Shown here: positions 23,201-37,600 of the stretch, one piece after another | Layout: each line of letters opens with the position of its first letter | Numbering within the stretch: position 1 is the first letter of the stretch | Source: Phoronis australis | Lineage: Eukaryota > Animalia > Phoronida | Assembly (NCBI GenBank): GCA_002633005.1 | Contig: NMRA01000101.1 | Span: 821,151 to 885,150, forward strand | DNA length: 64,000 nucleotides | Direction: 5' to 3' | Position numbers and translations under genes: made by a program | The notes under the pieces: generated by a model | Seen by the model: only the letters and a program-made list of their open reading frames with translations | Told to the model about the DNA's origin: nothing | Database searches by the model: none

Positions 23201-24707
23201 GTAAAGTGGTCCTACCTAACACAGTTCATACAAACTTGCCATTATACTCGAGTAAGGCCAAAGTGCCGTCAATAAAATGTAAAGGCTTCTCAAGTGTCTG
23301 AACATGGGCGGCTTACCATAGGGGACTGGGAACTATAGCCCCCCACTAATTTCAGTGCTGCACCGCCCATATCCATGGAAATTAGTGCGGCGCGCACCTT
23401 AGCGGGCTGGGGCCCCCCCACTTATTTCAGTGCTGCGCCGCCCAAGGAATGTGTGGGGTGTAAGTCCAACAGAACCTTCACAATAGTAATGTGATAGGAC
23501 TACACTTTGGTGGAATGTTTCTTATTCTACTTCACGAAAAAAAACACATTATTTCAAAATCTTATCAAAATAATAGAGATCCAGAGCAAGTTTTTATCAC
23601 TTTTAATAATGAAATAATAAAAATTGGTTTGAATACAATGGGCAAAGAAAAGTTCATTTGAAGATACTTAAAGAATTGTTAACAAAAGGACCACGGTAAT
23701 TCTCCACTTCTTTCGCACAAAAATAATTACCAAAGGGTTATCTTTCCATTTTTCAAGGTTTGTTATATACCCCGTAATTGAAAAATATCAAGAACTTAAG
23801 TAAATGTTCTTATGACATCTACAAACTGCAAACCATGCTTGAAATTTCTTGACCTTTGCTTTTGGGGAGAAACTGATCAAAATGAAATTTCACATCTGGG
23901 TCATATTTTGTGCTAAATAAGTAAACGACTGCTGCCTCTGTTTAAGGTTGTCTGGTGGGTATGTTTAACATTGTAAATACTTCAGGGAGTGACCAGAACT
24001 TTTATTATGAATTTCGTCTGAAGGTAACGTCTAAACGAAGTGTGGAGCAAGATAAGGCCAATATTTATAACAAACCAACCCCAGCTACCAAAAATTAAAT
24101 TTTATGGTAAAATAAAAAAGGAATTTCAAACTCAACAAACAACAGCTTGAAAGATTTTCTCAAAGATAAGCACACATGTTCTCTGCACATCCCATCTGGC
24201 TAAACTTGCTGAAGAAAAAACAAAACAAACATTGATTAGGTAACAAGGTATATTTGATTGACTTTTGTTCCATGTGTTCTTCACAAAAGAAAAGTTGTCT
24301 CAATAACAGCAAAGCAACTACTTTCAAAGAATTGCCATTCACCATCATTTCTAGAACCACACTTTACTGGCATTAATTTACAGGAACAGAAAAACGACCA
24401 TGGCTTCTGTTCCCAGGGAACAGGTAGGAATCATCTAAAATAAAATTTTCAATATTATGACTTTGCAATTGTCTTGTATCTTCTACACTATTTATAAGTC
24501 ACAGCTCAAGTAGCCTTGGTGTTTAACCCATGATAGTCAAAGGTCTTATAAAGACACAGACCCTGAAAGTTGATCAGTACAGAGCTCTTTCAGCGACTAT
24601 AAGCTCGCCTTTCATGACAAATAACAACTATTGCTATACATCACTTGGCACTTGCCCTTATGAAAACTGATCTCAGATTTTCCATACTCAAATCAGGTGT
24701 GATTTCT

Positions 24708-25478
24708 GGGGCTTATTTCTCAAAGAGTCTATTGGCTTTTGACGTCAGCCCAAACTCAAATATCCAGGGATAATTTTAAGACGCGCCCGCATCATTGGCC
24801 CATTAAAAAAACATAGACATAGTGACACTATGATTGCTCAACTTAGGTCAAGAGGTGCACTAAAATTGCCACAATTTCACTCAACTGTGTCTTGAACAAT
24901 ACCCAATGCATTAAGAATCAAATAAAATTGCAATGCCGAGCATTTAATCAAAACTACATTTTTAGTGACAGGGGGCCTATCTATATTCAAAAAATGAAGA
25001 TATCAACTGTGGATTTATGTGTTAGATCAATGAAATGCACTTAGGCATTCAGATGAATCACTAATCCAGTAACCTACTGAAATAGCAGACTAAATTATGA
25101 AGGTTAAATGCCAGCCCCCAAAAATCGAACTGAAAAAGGGCAGAGGTGACTCATAAGTCCTAAAAATTGGCCCATGGATTTGAGGCCAAGTGGGTCAATT
25201 TGACTCGCAGCAACATTTTTCTAAAATGATCCATGGATACCTGGATAGGAATAATAGTCAAATCTTGATTGTTTTGTGTTTTGATTTCCTCGAAATGGTT
25301 TGTCTTCTGTCTATTTAAGCAGACTGCGGATTTCTGGCTTTTGACTTTTGAATTGTACATAGATTTTCTGACTTTCAGCCTAAGCCTGATTTTTTGTGAA
25401 ACATGATAAGCCATGTAGAGACTGGTGTTTAGCTGAAAGTCAAAAGACAATTATTAGACTCTTTGAGAAGCAGGCCCC
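24708..25478. mobile_element. MITE with 24-bp TIRs (Harbinger-like)
   Basis: ggggcttatttctcaaagagtcta (24708-24731) is nearly the reverse complement of tagactctttgagaagcaggcccc (25455-25478). Confidence 0.7.
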
Positions 25479-26261
25479 TCACCCCTGGGCTTGGAAATAA
25501 CACAGAGCTAGGTCGCTACACGTTGATGCAACAGGGTGTCATTTTATTCTTGAACACAGTCTCGAGCAATAATGAACTGTCAATACTATGCAATTGGTCT
25601 AAATAAAAAGTTAGTTTCGTCAACGCACAGCAAGTTTAATGCTGCTTTTACTTACATTGTAAAGCATGTAATAATATGATTACCGGATATAATAAACATG
25701 TTATCGTAATATTGTTTCATGTACAATAAGTCATGTACTGAAGGGCAGACATGTAGCAGTCTTCCAATGGCCTTGAAAGCACAACTTTACTATATGGCAT
25801 GTTAAAACAATGAATTGGACCTATATGTCGGCCTGTCATCACATGGGTTGTATTCTGTATTGCACTAACAATCTATAGCGACCAGAAAACACGGTACAAT
25901 AAAAACATCCTTTTGCTTTTCATGCACACAACTTTTGATTGTCAAGTCATAGATATGGTGAGTCTCCTGACCATTTTTAAACAACATGTCATTTGTACAC
26001 ATTATGTAATCTTGAAATAAACATGTATTTTGATTGTATAAACTGGCTGAACAAGTAAACGTTACTTACATGACCTATCATTCACGGGATTGTTAAATGT
26101 GTGATTACACTCTATATGGAGATTGTTGATCTCTATATATCCTGAGACAAGGCGAAGTCATATATTTGTCAAATTTGTAAATCTGACAATGCCAAGGCCC
26201 AGAAAGCACTTGAAACAGACTAATACACTCTTCACGAACCCCAAAGAGTACACAGTCCAGG

Positions 26262-27770
26262 TCATCGGTGATACGTTAGCGGCACTTCAAGTCGTTTCCC
26301 CGAAACTTTGGGTAATAATTCAGGATATGAATCCTGCTCTGGAAAGGTCTTACTGACTAACCTGTCTCCACGTGACTGACCAACCTGTACTCCAGGAAAT
26401 GCGTTGGTCAATGGTCTGCTAGCACTCTCCAGAGAAGTGTTGGAGAACTTCTGTCTACTGGGAGATTCATCAGAAACTTGTCGTGTTTTGCACTTGACAG
26501 TTTGCAGAGAGTTTTCAAGACCATGCGAGGAAGGATTGGCCCCACCGACATTGACACCTTTACGAAAGTTTTCTCTTTCCTGGTTGATCAGTGTAGTTGT
26601 ATTGGGGGCGTGAATGTTAGAAAATATTGGAATTTTAATAACATCCCCGTTAGCAGTGGTGTACTTAACATGTGAAGGTAAAGTAAACGTCTGATTCTCA
26701 TCCTCTTGGTGAATGTGGAGAGATCTGGTTTTCAACTTTTTCTCATTGTTTTTTATAAGCTGCTTCACAGAAAACATGTCAGGAATAACACCATCTGGCT
26801 TATGTCTTTTGTCAGGTGACTCTTGTTTGGGAACCTTTGCGTGTTCATCAACACTTCGCCTGGAAGACAGTCTAATGGAGGAATCTCTTTTCATCTCCTC
26901 TTCCAGCGCTGACAATTTTTTACTGACTTGTTCCATAAAAGGATCGAGGCAATGTTTTCCTTGACTTGTGATTGGTGGAAGCGCTACGGTTGGGGAAAGA
27001 CTTTGTTTAACACCTTTCAGATGGCGCGTGTTTCTATGGTGTGTGTTGTCATTATCAAAGGGCCCTTCTGAAGATTTCTTTGTGTCACCATGTGAGTAAA
27101 GTAGCTTAACTGGTCCACTCTTCATATTATTCTCCAACTGGTTTATCACATCCACCATGTTGTTGGACTGCCCACGTTGCTGGCCTTCAAATTCACGCCT
27201 CAAATCTCTCTGAATTTCTTTCTGAAGATTCCGCTGTTCAGTTGTCAAAAAAACTTTTTCAGGCCTCTTAGTTTTGATTGGTGCAATTTTTGCAGAGCTT
27301 TTCTCTACTCGATAGCGGCCATTATCTGGTATGTACCTACAAGTGTCTGTTTCTACAATGGATTTCCAAAATGGCAGGGGTTGTTGAGCTTGTACACTGA
27401 TCCAGCTGCCATCTACTGAATGCACTTGCAACCTCTGTTGGTGGCTTTCATAGTCATTGAATGGAAGATACAATGCATCTTCTGCTGATCTTCGCCGATT
27501 CTTCTTTTTTTTCCCGTTATTTGTTTTCAAAACACCAGTTTCTAGCCATCCTCCTATCCTTTCCTCGACTCTCGGAGTCTTAATTTGTAAACATAAACAG
27601 TCTACAGGAATAAATAAGTTTTGACAAGTCAAACAGCTATCACTTTCATGTATAAGTGTCTCAATCAGATTTCTATCTTCATCAAGAGTGATTGCATTAA
27701 TATCCAAGATGTCTCCGTTACTGCTGGACAAATCCTCCTTTGCCACAACATTTTCCTTTTCAACTTCCAT
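26262..27770 (-). CDS. Uncharacterised intronless 502-aa hydrophilic protein
   Basis: 1509-nt uninterrupted ORF in AT-rich DNA, ATG preceded by an in-frame stop at 27813-27815. Contains a CLTC...DCLC Cys cluster and a KKKKNRRR basic stretch. Lies head-to-head with TRPC4AP. Confidence 0.75.
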   Translation of the reverse strand: MEVEKENVVAKEDLSSSNGDILDINAITLDEDRNLIETLIHESDSCLTCQNLFIPVDCLCLQIKTPRVEERIGGWLETGVLKTNNGKKKKNRRRSAEDALYLPFNDYESHQQRLQVHSVDGSWISVQAQQPLPFWKSIVETDTCRYIPDNGRYRVEKSSAKIAPIKTKRPEKVFLTTEQRNLQKEIQRDLRREFEGQQRGQSNNMVDVINQLENNMKSGPVKLLYSHGDTKKSSEGPFDNDNTHHRNTRHLKGVKQSLSPTVALPPITSQGKHCLDPFMEQVSKKLSALEEEMKRDSSIRLSSRRSVDEHAKVPKQESPDKRHKPDGVIPDMFSVKQLIKNNEKKLKTRSLHIHQEDENQTFTLPSHVKYTTANGDVIKIPIFSNIHAPNTTTLINQERENFRKGVNVGGANPSSHGLENSLQTVKCKTRQVSDESPSRQKFSNTSLESASRPLTNAFPGVQVGQSRGDRLVSKTFPEQDSYPELLPKVSGKRLEVPLTYHR

Positions 27771-28299
27771 ATGAAATCTTTGGCTGGATTTAAATGTGAA
27801 AGAAAACTGTCTCTAACCCTGCTGCCTTTTTGTTGACAAGAGATGGTAAACATCAGTGACCAACTTCTCACACAATATTACAGACGAGAAGAAATGTTAT
27901 TCCTCTGCAGTTGACTCACATAGTGCTTCGAACTTCAAAAGAATAACTGATTATCATTACGTAAGTATGATATCTGATTTGAGATTTGATCAATCAATCC
28001 TTTCCGGGTTACCACCTTCACTGGCTTCAGTCGAAGTTATCCCTTGGCCTTGTCCTTCCGTGCATGGTTAGTCATTTGAAATTACGGTTAATCACGCCTT
28101 CACAGAAACTTTTAAGTGCATCGTTGAAGATTACACACCTTGCTTCCGTTTGCCAACATTAAGACACAATAAACACACCACAGCGTATCAGAAACACCAA
28201 AGATATTTTGATTGCCGAATCGTTAGAGGAGCACAGAGTTTGAAACGTATTTGAATCGGCCCAAAGCAAAATAAACAGCCTTTATCAAGCTAGGCAACA

Positions 28300-28530
28300 A
28301 ATCTCGAAATGTCTCGTGCAATGTCGCACCAAGCATAATAAAAAGAAACAGCCTTTTCAATAATTTGTTGTTTGTAAATCAAAGAATTAATCGTTTATTT
28401 TAATTGTGTTATTTGACAACACATTTTTATACATCGTGATTTCTCATTTTGTAGCCATTCTATTATTTTACAATATAAGGAGCATGCGCAATAACTATGC
28501 GCAATCGTATTTTGCCGCCATATTGCGTTT
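28300..28530. promoter_or_regulatory. Probable bidirectional promoter (orphan gene / TRPC4AP)
   Basis: Start codons ~855 bp apart and divergent; NRF1-like GCATGCGCA at 28482-28490; YY1-like GCCGCCATATT at 28514-28524. Confidence 0.5.
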
Positions 28531-28624
28531 TGTAGTTGTGTTTTTCTTGACAAATGTTGGGGTCTTTAAAGTAATTTTCAACTATTGTGTATCTTGGATT
28601 TAAGACCGATTGTTATGGTACAGC

Positions 28625-31600
28625 ATGGACAGAGTAAAGAGAAGAGACGACGAAAAAACTTATAATTTTACTAGAATCCTTTTTAACAGCCAAATAACTG
28701 GACGAGGCTGCTCGGATCTTCCACAGGTTTGTCTTTGACTTTGCACTCAGCTACGTTGGTTAAATAAACATTCTAATACACATTTGATTGGGGACATTGT
28801 ATGGCTTACGTTTGCACATGCTTGCACCGGATTATGAGGGAATTGTCTCGTCTCACTCTGTTGCCCCTTTTACCATAGAATGCAGCTTACTCTTGGCTTT
28901 CTTCGGCAAAATTTGCATGCCAACGATGTAAGGATTTTGCGTTTATGAAAAATGTTGGAAAAATAAAATATCAGTGCTCTTGTTGAACTCGGGTTACGTG
29001 TCTATGTTCCATTGAAGTGAATGAGTTTATCTCATAGACTGGCACTAGGAGAACATGTAGCAAGATCAGTTAAACCAGCTACAAAGTTTCAGTCCCTGAA
29101 AGGCTGTTGTGTTATTTTATTGACAATTTTCATCACAGTACACTCCATCTGTACTTTTTGTTTACTATGCATTGATTCCAATAGTTTTTAGCCAATTCTG
29201 GTGTGTTTTTGGATTGTATTTTTCTAGTGACTCACATTTGACACACTTGACCCACTTTCAACACAATCAACGGTCTCCGACTGCTTGAGAGTTATGGAAA
29301 AATGAGTAATATTCACCGACACCAATTGAGGTGTAATGAGTATTTTCATTAAGAGGATAAAAATTTCTAAAAAATCAACAAATTTTTAATGTTGGAATTG
29401 CTAGAATAAACATAAGAGCGCTAAAAATATTTTCGTTGCACTTAGTGACGATAGTAGATGCACTGGAGAGTGGTGTATGTTCACTACATTTGCAAGCATT
29501 CAACTGTTAAAGTAAACCAGTGGATGGTTGTTGGTAGACAACAGCACATCTTAATCTAGACAGTACCATCTTCTCAACTGGGCTACGTGAGCTGATATTG
29601 TAGGCATCAAAATGTCTGTCTGATGTGATACCCAGGATGTAGTTGAAAACTTCTAATTCGTCCAATTTTTAGATATTGAGAAACAATTTATGAATATGGT
29701 AAGCAAATTCTTGTTTGTATTTCGCCCTGGTTAGCTGGCTAAAACAAATTGGGCCTTTACTTTCATAAAATTTGTAAAATAATATTATTTACTGTGATAG
29801 GATATATCTGTTATGAACTCAAGTCACAGGCAATGTAAACTCGGAGGTCTTTTTTGGTGTTCTCATTGGTAATGGAAATAAAATCCTATCATGGTAAGGA
29901 ATGTTATCAGACCGATTTGAGTAAAAGGCCAAATTGGGGAGAAATGTAGCTTTAATTAATGTCATTTGTATGAATTTTTGTAAATTGACCCTCTTACTCT
30001 ATTTTATCATGATAAGGTTCCGGTGGAAATAGTGGAGACGATGAGTAGTCGATGGGGTGGCATTCCTATAACAATAGCGGAGATCGAAGAAACCAGTTTT
30101 GGTGATCCTGATGGCTGTATAATGATCTTGCAGGTATGAGCAGCAGTATTACTTAATGAAACACGGCTTTTACAGTGAAGGTGTTTTTAAGTAAAATATT
30201 AGTGTGATGTTATGGACTCTTACTTGGAGATAAATTAAGAGCTCACCTAATGCAGTGTAATGCACAGCTGAGTATCTAAGAACGTGCTATATTACATGTG
30301 TTTAGTTTAACTGTAGATTTAAATAGTTACGATTACTTTTTTGCTCAGCACGATGTTCTTGGCAAGCTGATGGCCTATGATGAAGGTGCTAGTGTGGAGT
30401 CGGATGGTTCAACAGAATTCAGCAAGACTTTCAGATCATTTGGTGGCATCCATGTACGTATTATTTAGTCATGCTATATTCGTCATCTGTCAGTGCAGTG
30501 CTCGACACTTAGCTTGACGCCAAGTCGCATTTGGTGACTTTGCAAAAAGCCCAGGTTGCAAACGAAGTCTGAGGTTGCCAAAACTGACATCGAAATCGCC
30601 GTGTAAGAAAAGGTGGCACTGCTTTCTCAGAAAATTCCGAATACCTCTTCAATTTCTCATTCAATTTGTAACTCAGTTCCTGTCAACGAAGAACGCTGGT
30701 GATCACATACACTTGTGGCGCATGTTTCATTGTCCAATCTTACAAGATTTTTGTCAAACAATTCCGACTTCTGTCTGTTTGCTTCCTGTTGTAATTTAAA
30801 TGCGCGTTTGATTTGTACTGACTGCTGAGGATTGCAAATGCACTGATTTCACAAAATAAGCGGAACAGTTGTGAACCAAGGATATTAAAGCTAAGAGAAC
30901 TGTTGGTAATTTAAAGTTTGAAAGTCACCACAAATTTGGAAACGAATTTCAGGGAATTGTTGTCTGACAGACTATGATATTTGCAGCTTCGTGGTGACTT
31001 GGTATTTTTTCGTGTTGTCAAACATAATCTGAAGTCGCAATGGTTATCTAGTCTTGCTACATTCATCACTAGTTGCTGTTATCTAGTCATGCTACATTTA
31101 TCGTCAGTCAGTGTTATCTAGTCATTCTATGTTCGTCATCAGTCTGTGGTAGTGTGTGAATTTGGTCAAGTATTCAGTACCTTAAGCTGTACGTATAGCT
31201 AAATATTAGGTCAAGTATTCAGTACCTTAAGCTGTACGTATAGCTAAATATTAGGTCAAGTATTCAGTACCTTAAGTTGTACGTATAGCTAAATATTAGG
31301 TCAAGTATTCAGTACCTTAAGCTGTACGTACAGCTAAATATTTGGTCAAGTATTCAGTACCTTAAGTTGTACATACAGCTAAATATTAGGTCAAGTATTC
31401 AGTACCTTAAGTTGTACGTATAGCTAAATATTAGGTCAAGTATTCAGTACCTTAAGTTGTACGTACAGCTAAATAATAGGTCAAGTATTCAGTACCTTAA
31501 GTTGTACGTACAGCTAAATATTAGGTCAAGTATTCAGTACCTTAAGTTGTACGTACAGCTAAATATTAGGTCAAAAAAATGTAAGCCACCCACAACACTG

Positions 31601-34600
31601 CCTTGGAATAACATTTTTGACTAAAAGCTGCCCTCGACGCTATGAAAATTAATGGGTCATCATTTGCAACCTGGCCAAAATTTCAGGTCATATGTGTAGA
31701 ATTCAGGTTGATCTCGCGTCAGGTGACAGTTGATGTAAAAGGTGACTTAGGCTCATGGGTCATTAAATTCCAGCCATCTGTAATTAATCAGTAAGACACT
31801 GGATTTTTTTGGTGTTTTGGCACTTTTTCAATTCAGTGGTTACTGTTAGGATGTAGTTGTCCTCGTGTGTGTGATCCGAGTCCTTTATTTTGTTTTCGTC
31901 ATGATATTCCCTGACGATAATTGTGGTGTGCATATTTTCTCGTCATGTAATTTGAAGCCAGTAATATGGACTTTTTGTGCTTTTGTCATTGCCATGAACT
32001 TGGGTTATCTTTTACGTCAACTGACGTTGCCAATTAGAGCCTTGAGGCCATTGAAACAAATGGAATGGCATGTTTAATGAAACTCGTCTCAAACATGATA
32101 ACTGTGAACAAGCTTAACGATATATGGTGCTCATATTCTGCTAGATAGATTATTGTGAATTCGTTCGTTTCACTTTTCAGGTTTTAAAAAGAATAATCAT
32201 GTTCGAGTCTTTACTACCAACGAAACACATATTCAAAAGAGGTAAGACTAACAAATTGATTCATATTGGTCTGTTAGGTGAGCTGGGAGTTTGGATATAT
32301 GTTGCACTGTGTTAAACTTCAGCGTGAACACTGGTTATGAGCAGCCTTTAATTAGTTCATTATGCATTTAAACTGTTATAAACTACTCTGATTGGTCCCT
32401 ACAGTGTAGATAGAGACCCATAATGCTGTACAGTGTATGTTGACATCTTATAGTTTTAAGTCCGTTTTTCCTATTATGATATCTATCTGCTGGTTGCCAG
32501 TTTACTCCAGTTGGTAGTAATAACAGTTTTTGTGCCACCTTACAGTATATGTCCTTCTATAAAGTTATGCTGTGGTTGTAAATCAGTTGATTGATATTAT
32601 TGAAAATAATCGCAGCCGGTCTGATACACATTGTACCAGACATTTGCAGACAGCTCTGGTGGGCCCATTGCACTGATTGCCAGGAACCATTGATATACAC
32701 ATTCATTTGGTGCGTTGATATGGTAATGATTAAGAATAATTAATCGTCTTACACGCCATATGTTGGTCTCATCACATCACCTATAGTTAAATATGAAAAG
32801 ATCTCTGACCCGTGTGGGGTCCGAACTCCGAACCCAGGACTTTCTGTGTCTCCAGGATTAGCAGAAAGTCCCAGGTTTGAGACTGGTCGGGACAGGTCTT
32901 CTCAGACAGTACTGTTGGCCACACGATGTGACCAACATCTAGCGTGTAAAAAGACTAATAATTCTCACTTATAATATTTGTTCTTCTATTTCAGAAAAAC
33001 ATAAACAGTTGATAATAAAAAGTATGTGTATGCAGATTCTGTGCAGACTTATAGCAAATGTAAGTAAATTTGTCACCTTTCATCATCACACAGAAATCAT
33101 CTTTTCTAATTCAGTATTTTGTGGCTTATCATTCTCTTTTGCCAAGCTTACTATTTTTTTGTCAAAAAATTGAATTTGCGTATCAAAGCTTAAATTTGTA
33201 AGACAGGAATGTTTTTGTTTTGTTTGTGCTGGTTGGCTGATTGATGCATGGTGGTGTTTGCATCATTGTTATGTCAGGTATGTAAACTGGGTAGTCGCTA
33301 ACTGGGCCACTAGCTTTCAAATCTTGAGAGCCCGGACTAAAAGTCAGGGGCCCAGATTTTTGAAGGATAGTTACGACAATCACGTGAAAGCCCAACATAA
33401 TGAAAAAGTGAAGTCGGACCTTTAATCTAAGTACATTCCTCGATTGATGGTCATACTGTAACTGATATTGTTTTCAACAAACGTAAAGAAAGGGGTATTT
33501 GTAAAAGGAAAACTTAGTAATGAATTCGTAGGAACCATCCAGTGAGTGGAGTAATCCTTTCAAAAAATATTTAATTTTGTACAGAAGAATTCAAACAAAG
33601 GTCATTGAATTCGTGACATACTAATCTGATCTTGCCAACATTGCAAAATTCTTCATTTTCAAAAATACGTAGCACTGTTGTACAAAATACATAAAAAGTG
33701 CCTTGCATATTCTGCGTTTGGCTTCAGTGAAAGTTTGCCATCGCGATCCCAGTCAGTCGTCATTTGCTGCTTCAGAATTCTAATGGAATCAATGAATTGT
33801 TCAGATATCAGCTCAGGTGGCTGGGAGATTGCTAAGGCATATCCCTGTACATGATGTTTACGCCACTGATTCATGATTGTGTTCAGGTCACTGATACATG
33901 GTGGTGTTCAGATCACTGATACATGGTGGTGTTTACATCATGCTGTTTAATGTTCAAGAATACTTGTACATCATGTAGTGTTATGTTTTAGAATATGCAA
34001 ATATGGACTGATGCTGAGCATGATATCGAGAGATCAATGGAACCGACGGGATCAGTCTATATTTGTTTTATAACATGACCACAGGTGCTTCTTTCCTCTG
34101 ACTGTTAGTCTCTTATCTGGCATGTTCTTACCTGCTTTGATATACTGGCATCATATGCTCGCTTTAGAATCAAGGTTGATGTTTCAGCATCAGATCGCGA
34201 CTGGCGATATCTGATCTCTCGGCTGTATGAGTGAAATGCGTTATTTTACGGCCAACTTGGTGAATATTACCGTATAAAGGAAGTTATCATACTGTGTTTT
34301 AGCCAGTCGGAGGACAGAAGTATTAGTGCTCATCTAACAATACAGATTACAATGGCTGCTTCTATGTCATGACCATACTGCCAGTTTTATGTACACACTT
34401 GTTTTTTCACAATCCCATTCTCACTATCTCACACTTGAAGGACTAAAATTCTTAGTGAAAAATTAACCATGGATGGTATTATGGCTGCTGTTGTCTCTTG
34501 TCACAAGTTCTTAGTTTTGTTTACCTTATGTGATACCAAACAAGCCAAAGGGCTGTGCTAAAGTGCCGTAATTGGTGGTATCATTGGTCAGACTATTCAC

Positions 34601-37600
34601 TGATGTGTTGTTAGATAGTTACTGTAACTATATCTTGACCTTTAACTCTTTAGGAAGAGGAGGGTGAAAGTGTTACAAATGAGCTTGCGCAAGACTCCGA
34701 CTTCATCAATTATCTGTTTATTATGCTTGCCTTCGACAAAACCTTCCTGACAGCTTGCCAGCTTATTGAAGATCTTCTTCAAGTGCAGCGAGTTTTAGAT
34801 CTCAACTCCATAGGTTTGTATTTGTTGGTTAAATCTTGCTTCCATATTGTATTTACACGAGTAAATGTACTCCTTAGCCAGAGTTCTCTTGTTGAAAATG
34901 TAATGAAGGTCTAACATAAGATGTATGTGTCAATCCACTCATAGTCTTATGTCTAAACAACTTTTAACATAAGATGATTCTATCAATCCCGTCTTAAAGT
35001 CACATGTCTAAACAGGGTCTAACATAAGGTGTTCCTGTCAACCTCCTCATAAAGTCACGTATAAACAGGGTCTAACGTAAGCTGTTCCTGTCAACCTCCC
35101 CATAAAGTCACACATATAAACGGGGTCTAATATAAGCTATTCCTGTCAACCTCCTCATAAAGTCACACTTATAAACAGGGTCTAATATAAGATGTTCCAT
35201 TCAACCTTCTCATAAAGTCACACATATTAACATTGTCTAACATAAGGTGTTTCTGTCAACCTCCTCATAAAGTCACATGTCTAAACAGGGTCTAACGTAA
35301 GCTGTTCCTGTCAACCTCCCCACAAAGTCATACGTATAAACAGGGTTTAACATAAGCTGTTCCTGTCAACCCCTCCATAAAAGCCTCATGCAGAGAGTGC
35401 TGTCTTGATCATGCAAGGTAGTGAAAAAAGATTGAATTGAGAATAGGTGTTTTCTAAAAATGCATGCAAGTTAAAATGACCGACCAGTTCTTGCAAGTAA
35501 GTAGTCTAAAAAGTTTTGTGCTTTCAATTGATTATATGGAGAAAGACTGCTCCATGATCCTGTCAATTTGTGCAAGAATTTTTGCCCGTTGAGTCCCGAC
35601 ATGCAGTAAATTTATGCATGGGCTACTGAATAAAGTAAATGGTCAGGTGTCTGTCGACTACATGGTCCTTTTGAATTGTCTGTTATTGTTATCACAGGCA
35701 CTGATTACACAGAATTATCCTGTAATTTTGGCAAGCACCTACTGATTGTTTATTTTTGAATGAATCGGCACTAATGCTGGGCGTACACTTGAAAATGAAT
35801 ATGTGAATTGTGTTCACTGTTTTATGTCAGTTCATTTTCTGTTGTAGCTGTGATCAGACAAGTGGTGGCCGCACAAGATGATGTCAAGTTGTCCAACTTC
35901 TGCAGGATACTGGCGGTCACCATCTCAGATTTAGACGTCTACGAGAATAAATCATCATGTGAGTGTCTTGCATCACCTTCTCAGTTCTTTAGCGTTTGAC
36001 CACCCTTGTAGGTTCAGTTATCCAAAGAGTTTAACAGGTTAGTGTATCTTGTGTGATTTCTGCATGTCTTAGTAGTAAATAACATTACTCTTTAATCTGT
36101 TGCAAGATCTTTATGTTCCTGTGAAGGATGGATCTGAACACCACTGTGTCCCCAAGTGGCTTAGTGGAACTTTAAGGTTTTTACATTTTCCTCTGTAGCT
36201 ACCAAGCTTCTTTACTAGCAAATAGGTTTCTATTGAGACAACAATGACAAGTTTCCAATTTCGTACAAATGTGGCTTACTCTGTGCCCCCTTGTGTCCAT
36301 TTTTACTTTGTTTAAGTTTGTTTTTGGTGTTTGCCTCTTTGTCTATCAAACTATTTGAAGGAACCTATTGAAGAGAGTACGGATGGCATTGATTTTTTGG
36401 TTGTGTCCGATTACTATGTTGCTCCATAGTGGCAAATTTTATCTCCACAATATATGCTAAGTTCTTCAATCGGTTTCATGAATTTAGTGCATGTGTTCTT
36501 ATTGGGAACGATTTTCAGACGGTTCAAGAGGAGAGGAGAGGAGATGGGGGTGATGTGGTGATGATGCATTTATTGGCTTGAGTACAATTAGTAGAATATA
36601 AAAACAAACATTGTCCTGATTTATGTCTTCGCTGCTGATCTCCAAATGCAGACAAGGCTTCAGTGAAGACCACCTTGTATAATGTGAAAGCGATTTCTGG
36701 GGTTGTGCTCAGATAAGAAAAAATGTTTTCTTGTGATATAATAGACTACGTCACAAACTTCCTACACAGTTCAGAGTACAACTAGTTTTGTCTAAATAGT
36801 GAACTGCAACATTTTGACACCAGTTTGACATGACTGAGTATACAAGTAGTAGGTTTCTATTGAGACAACAATGACACGTTTCCAATTTCTTACGAATGTG
36901 GCTTACTCTATGCCCCCTTGTGGCCATTTTTACTTTGTTTAACGTTATCGTGCTGAGTAGTAGTTTGAAGGACAACAGACACTGACACCTCTTCTGTGGT
37001 CTCCTTACAGTATTTGCACAGAATAAACAGAAGCGACAGCAGGGGTTTGTCAACACTCGTGATGTCAATCAAGGTAATTACAACATTGATGTAGCTATCA
37101 TTTCACTAAACACAGTTTGCACCTTTTTGTGTTTGGATTGTAATAGGTTTATGCTGTACTTGATATATTTATTGTGCACATTAATTGCAGTATTTAACTG
37201 TCAGGTCTGACTTGCTTTGCATTGCTCATTATTATATTCACTGTTATCATACTTTCTGCTCATTGTCCACCGCCGTAGGGAATATTGTCGTATGTGTCAT
37301 TCTGTGCAGCTGTGTTTCTGTCTGTCCATTCATCCATGCATAGAAATGTTCTGTGCTCAAGTCCTATATTACTCATTTGACGTCGACCAAACTTTCACAA
37401 GAAAACTATACTTACGAAGTGCCTTAGTGCATGTTATTAGCGTTTTGCAATTCGAGAGTATTTCCTTGTATTATGATTTTCAGTCATTCATACGGAAACG
37501 TTCTTCTGTGTGCAATTCCTACATTTCATACTGGATTTTGTCCAAAGTTCACAGGGTGTATCATCAAAAGTGTTTTCGCACATATCATTAGTGTTTTGAT

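Noticed and set aside
26404-27836. Short plus-strand ORFs overlapping the 502-aa gene
   Set aside because: Antisense shadows of the real coding strand.
31164-31574. Regular repeat arrays (also 40616, 46601, 50407, 54860) as CRISPR-like arrays
   Set aside because: Units are head-to-tail with no unique spacers, lie in introns or UTR of a eukaryotic gene, and no cas-like ORFs are present.
36221-36942. ~95-bp direct repeat pair (36221-36315, 36848-36942) as LTRs
   Set aside because: No TG..CA ends, primer-binding site or coding interior seen; it resembles subunits of an interspersed repeat.
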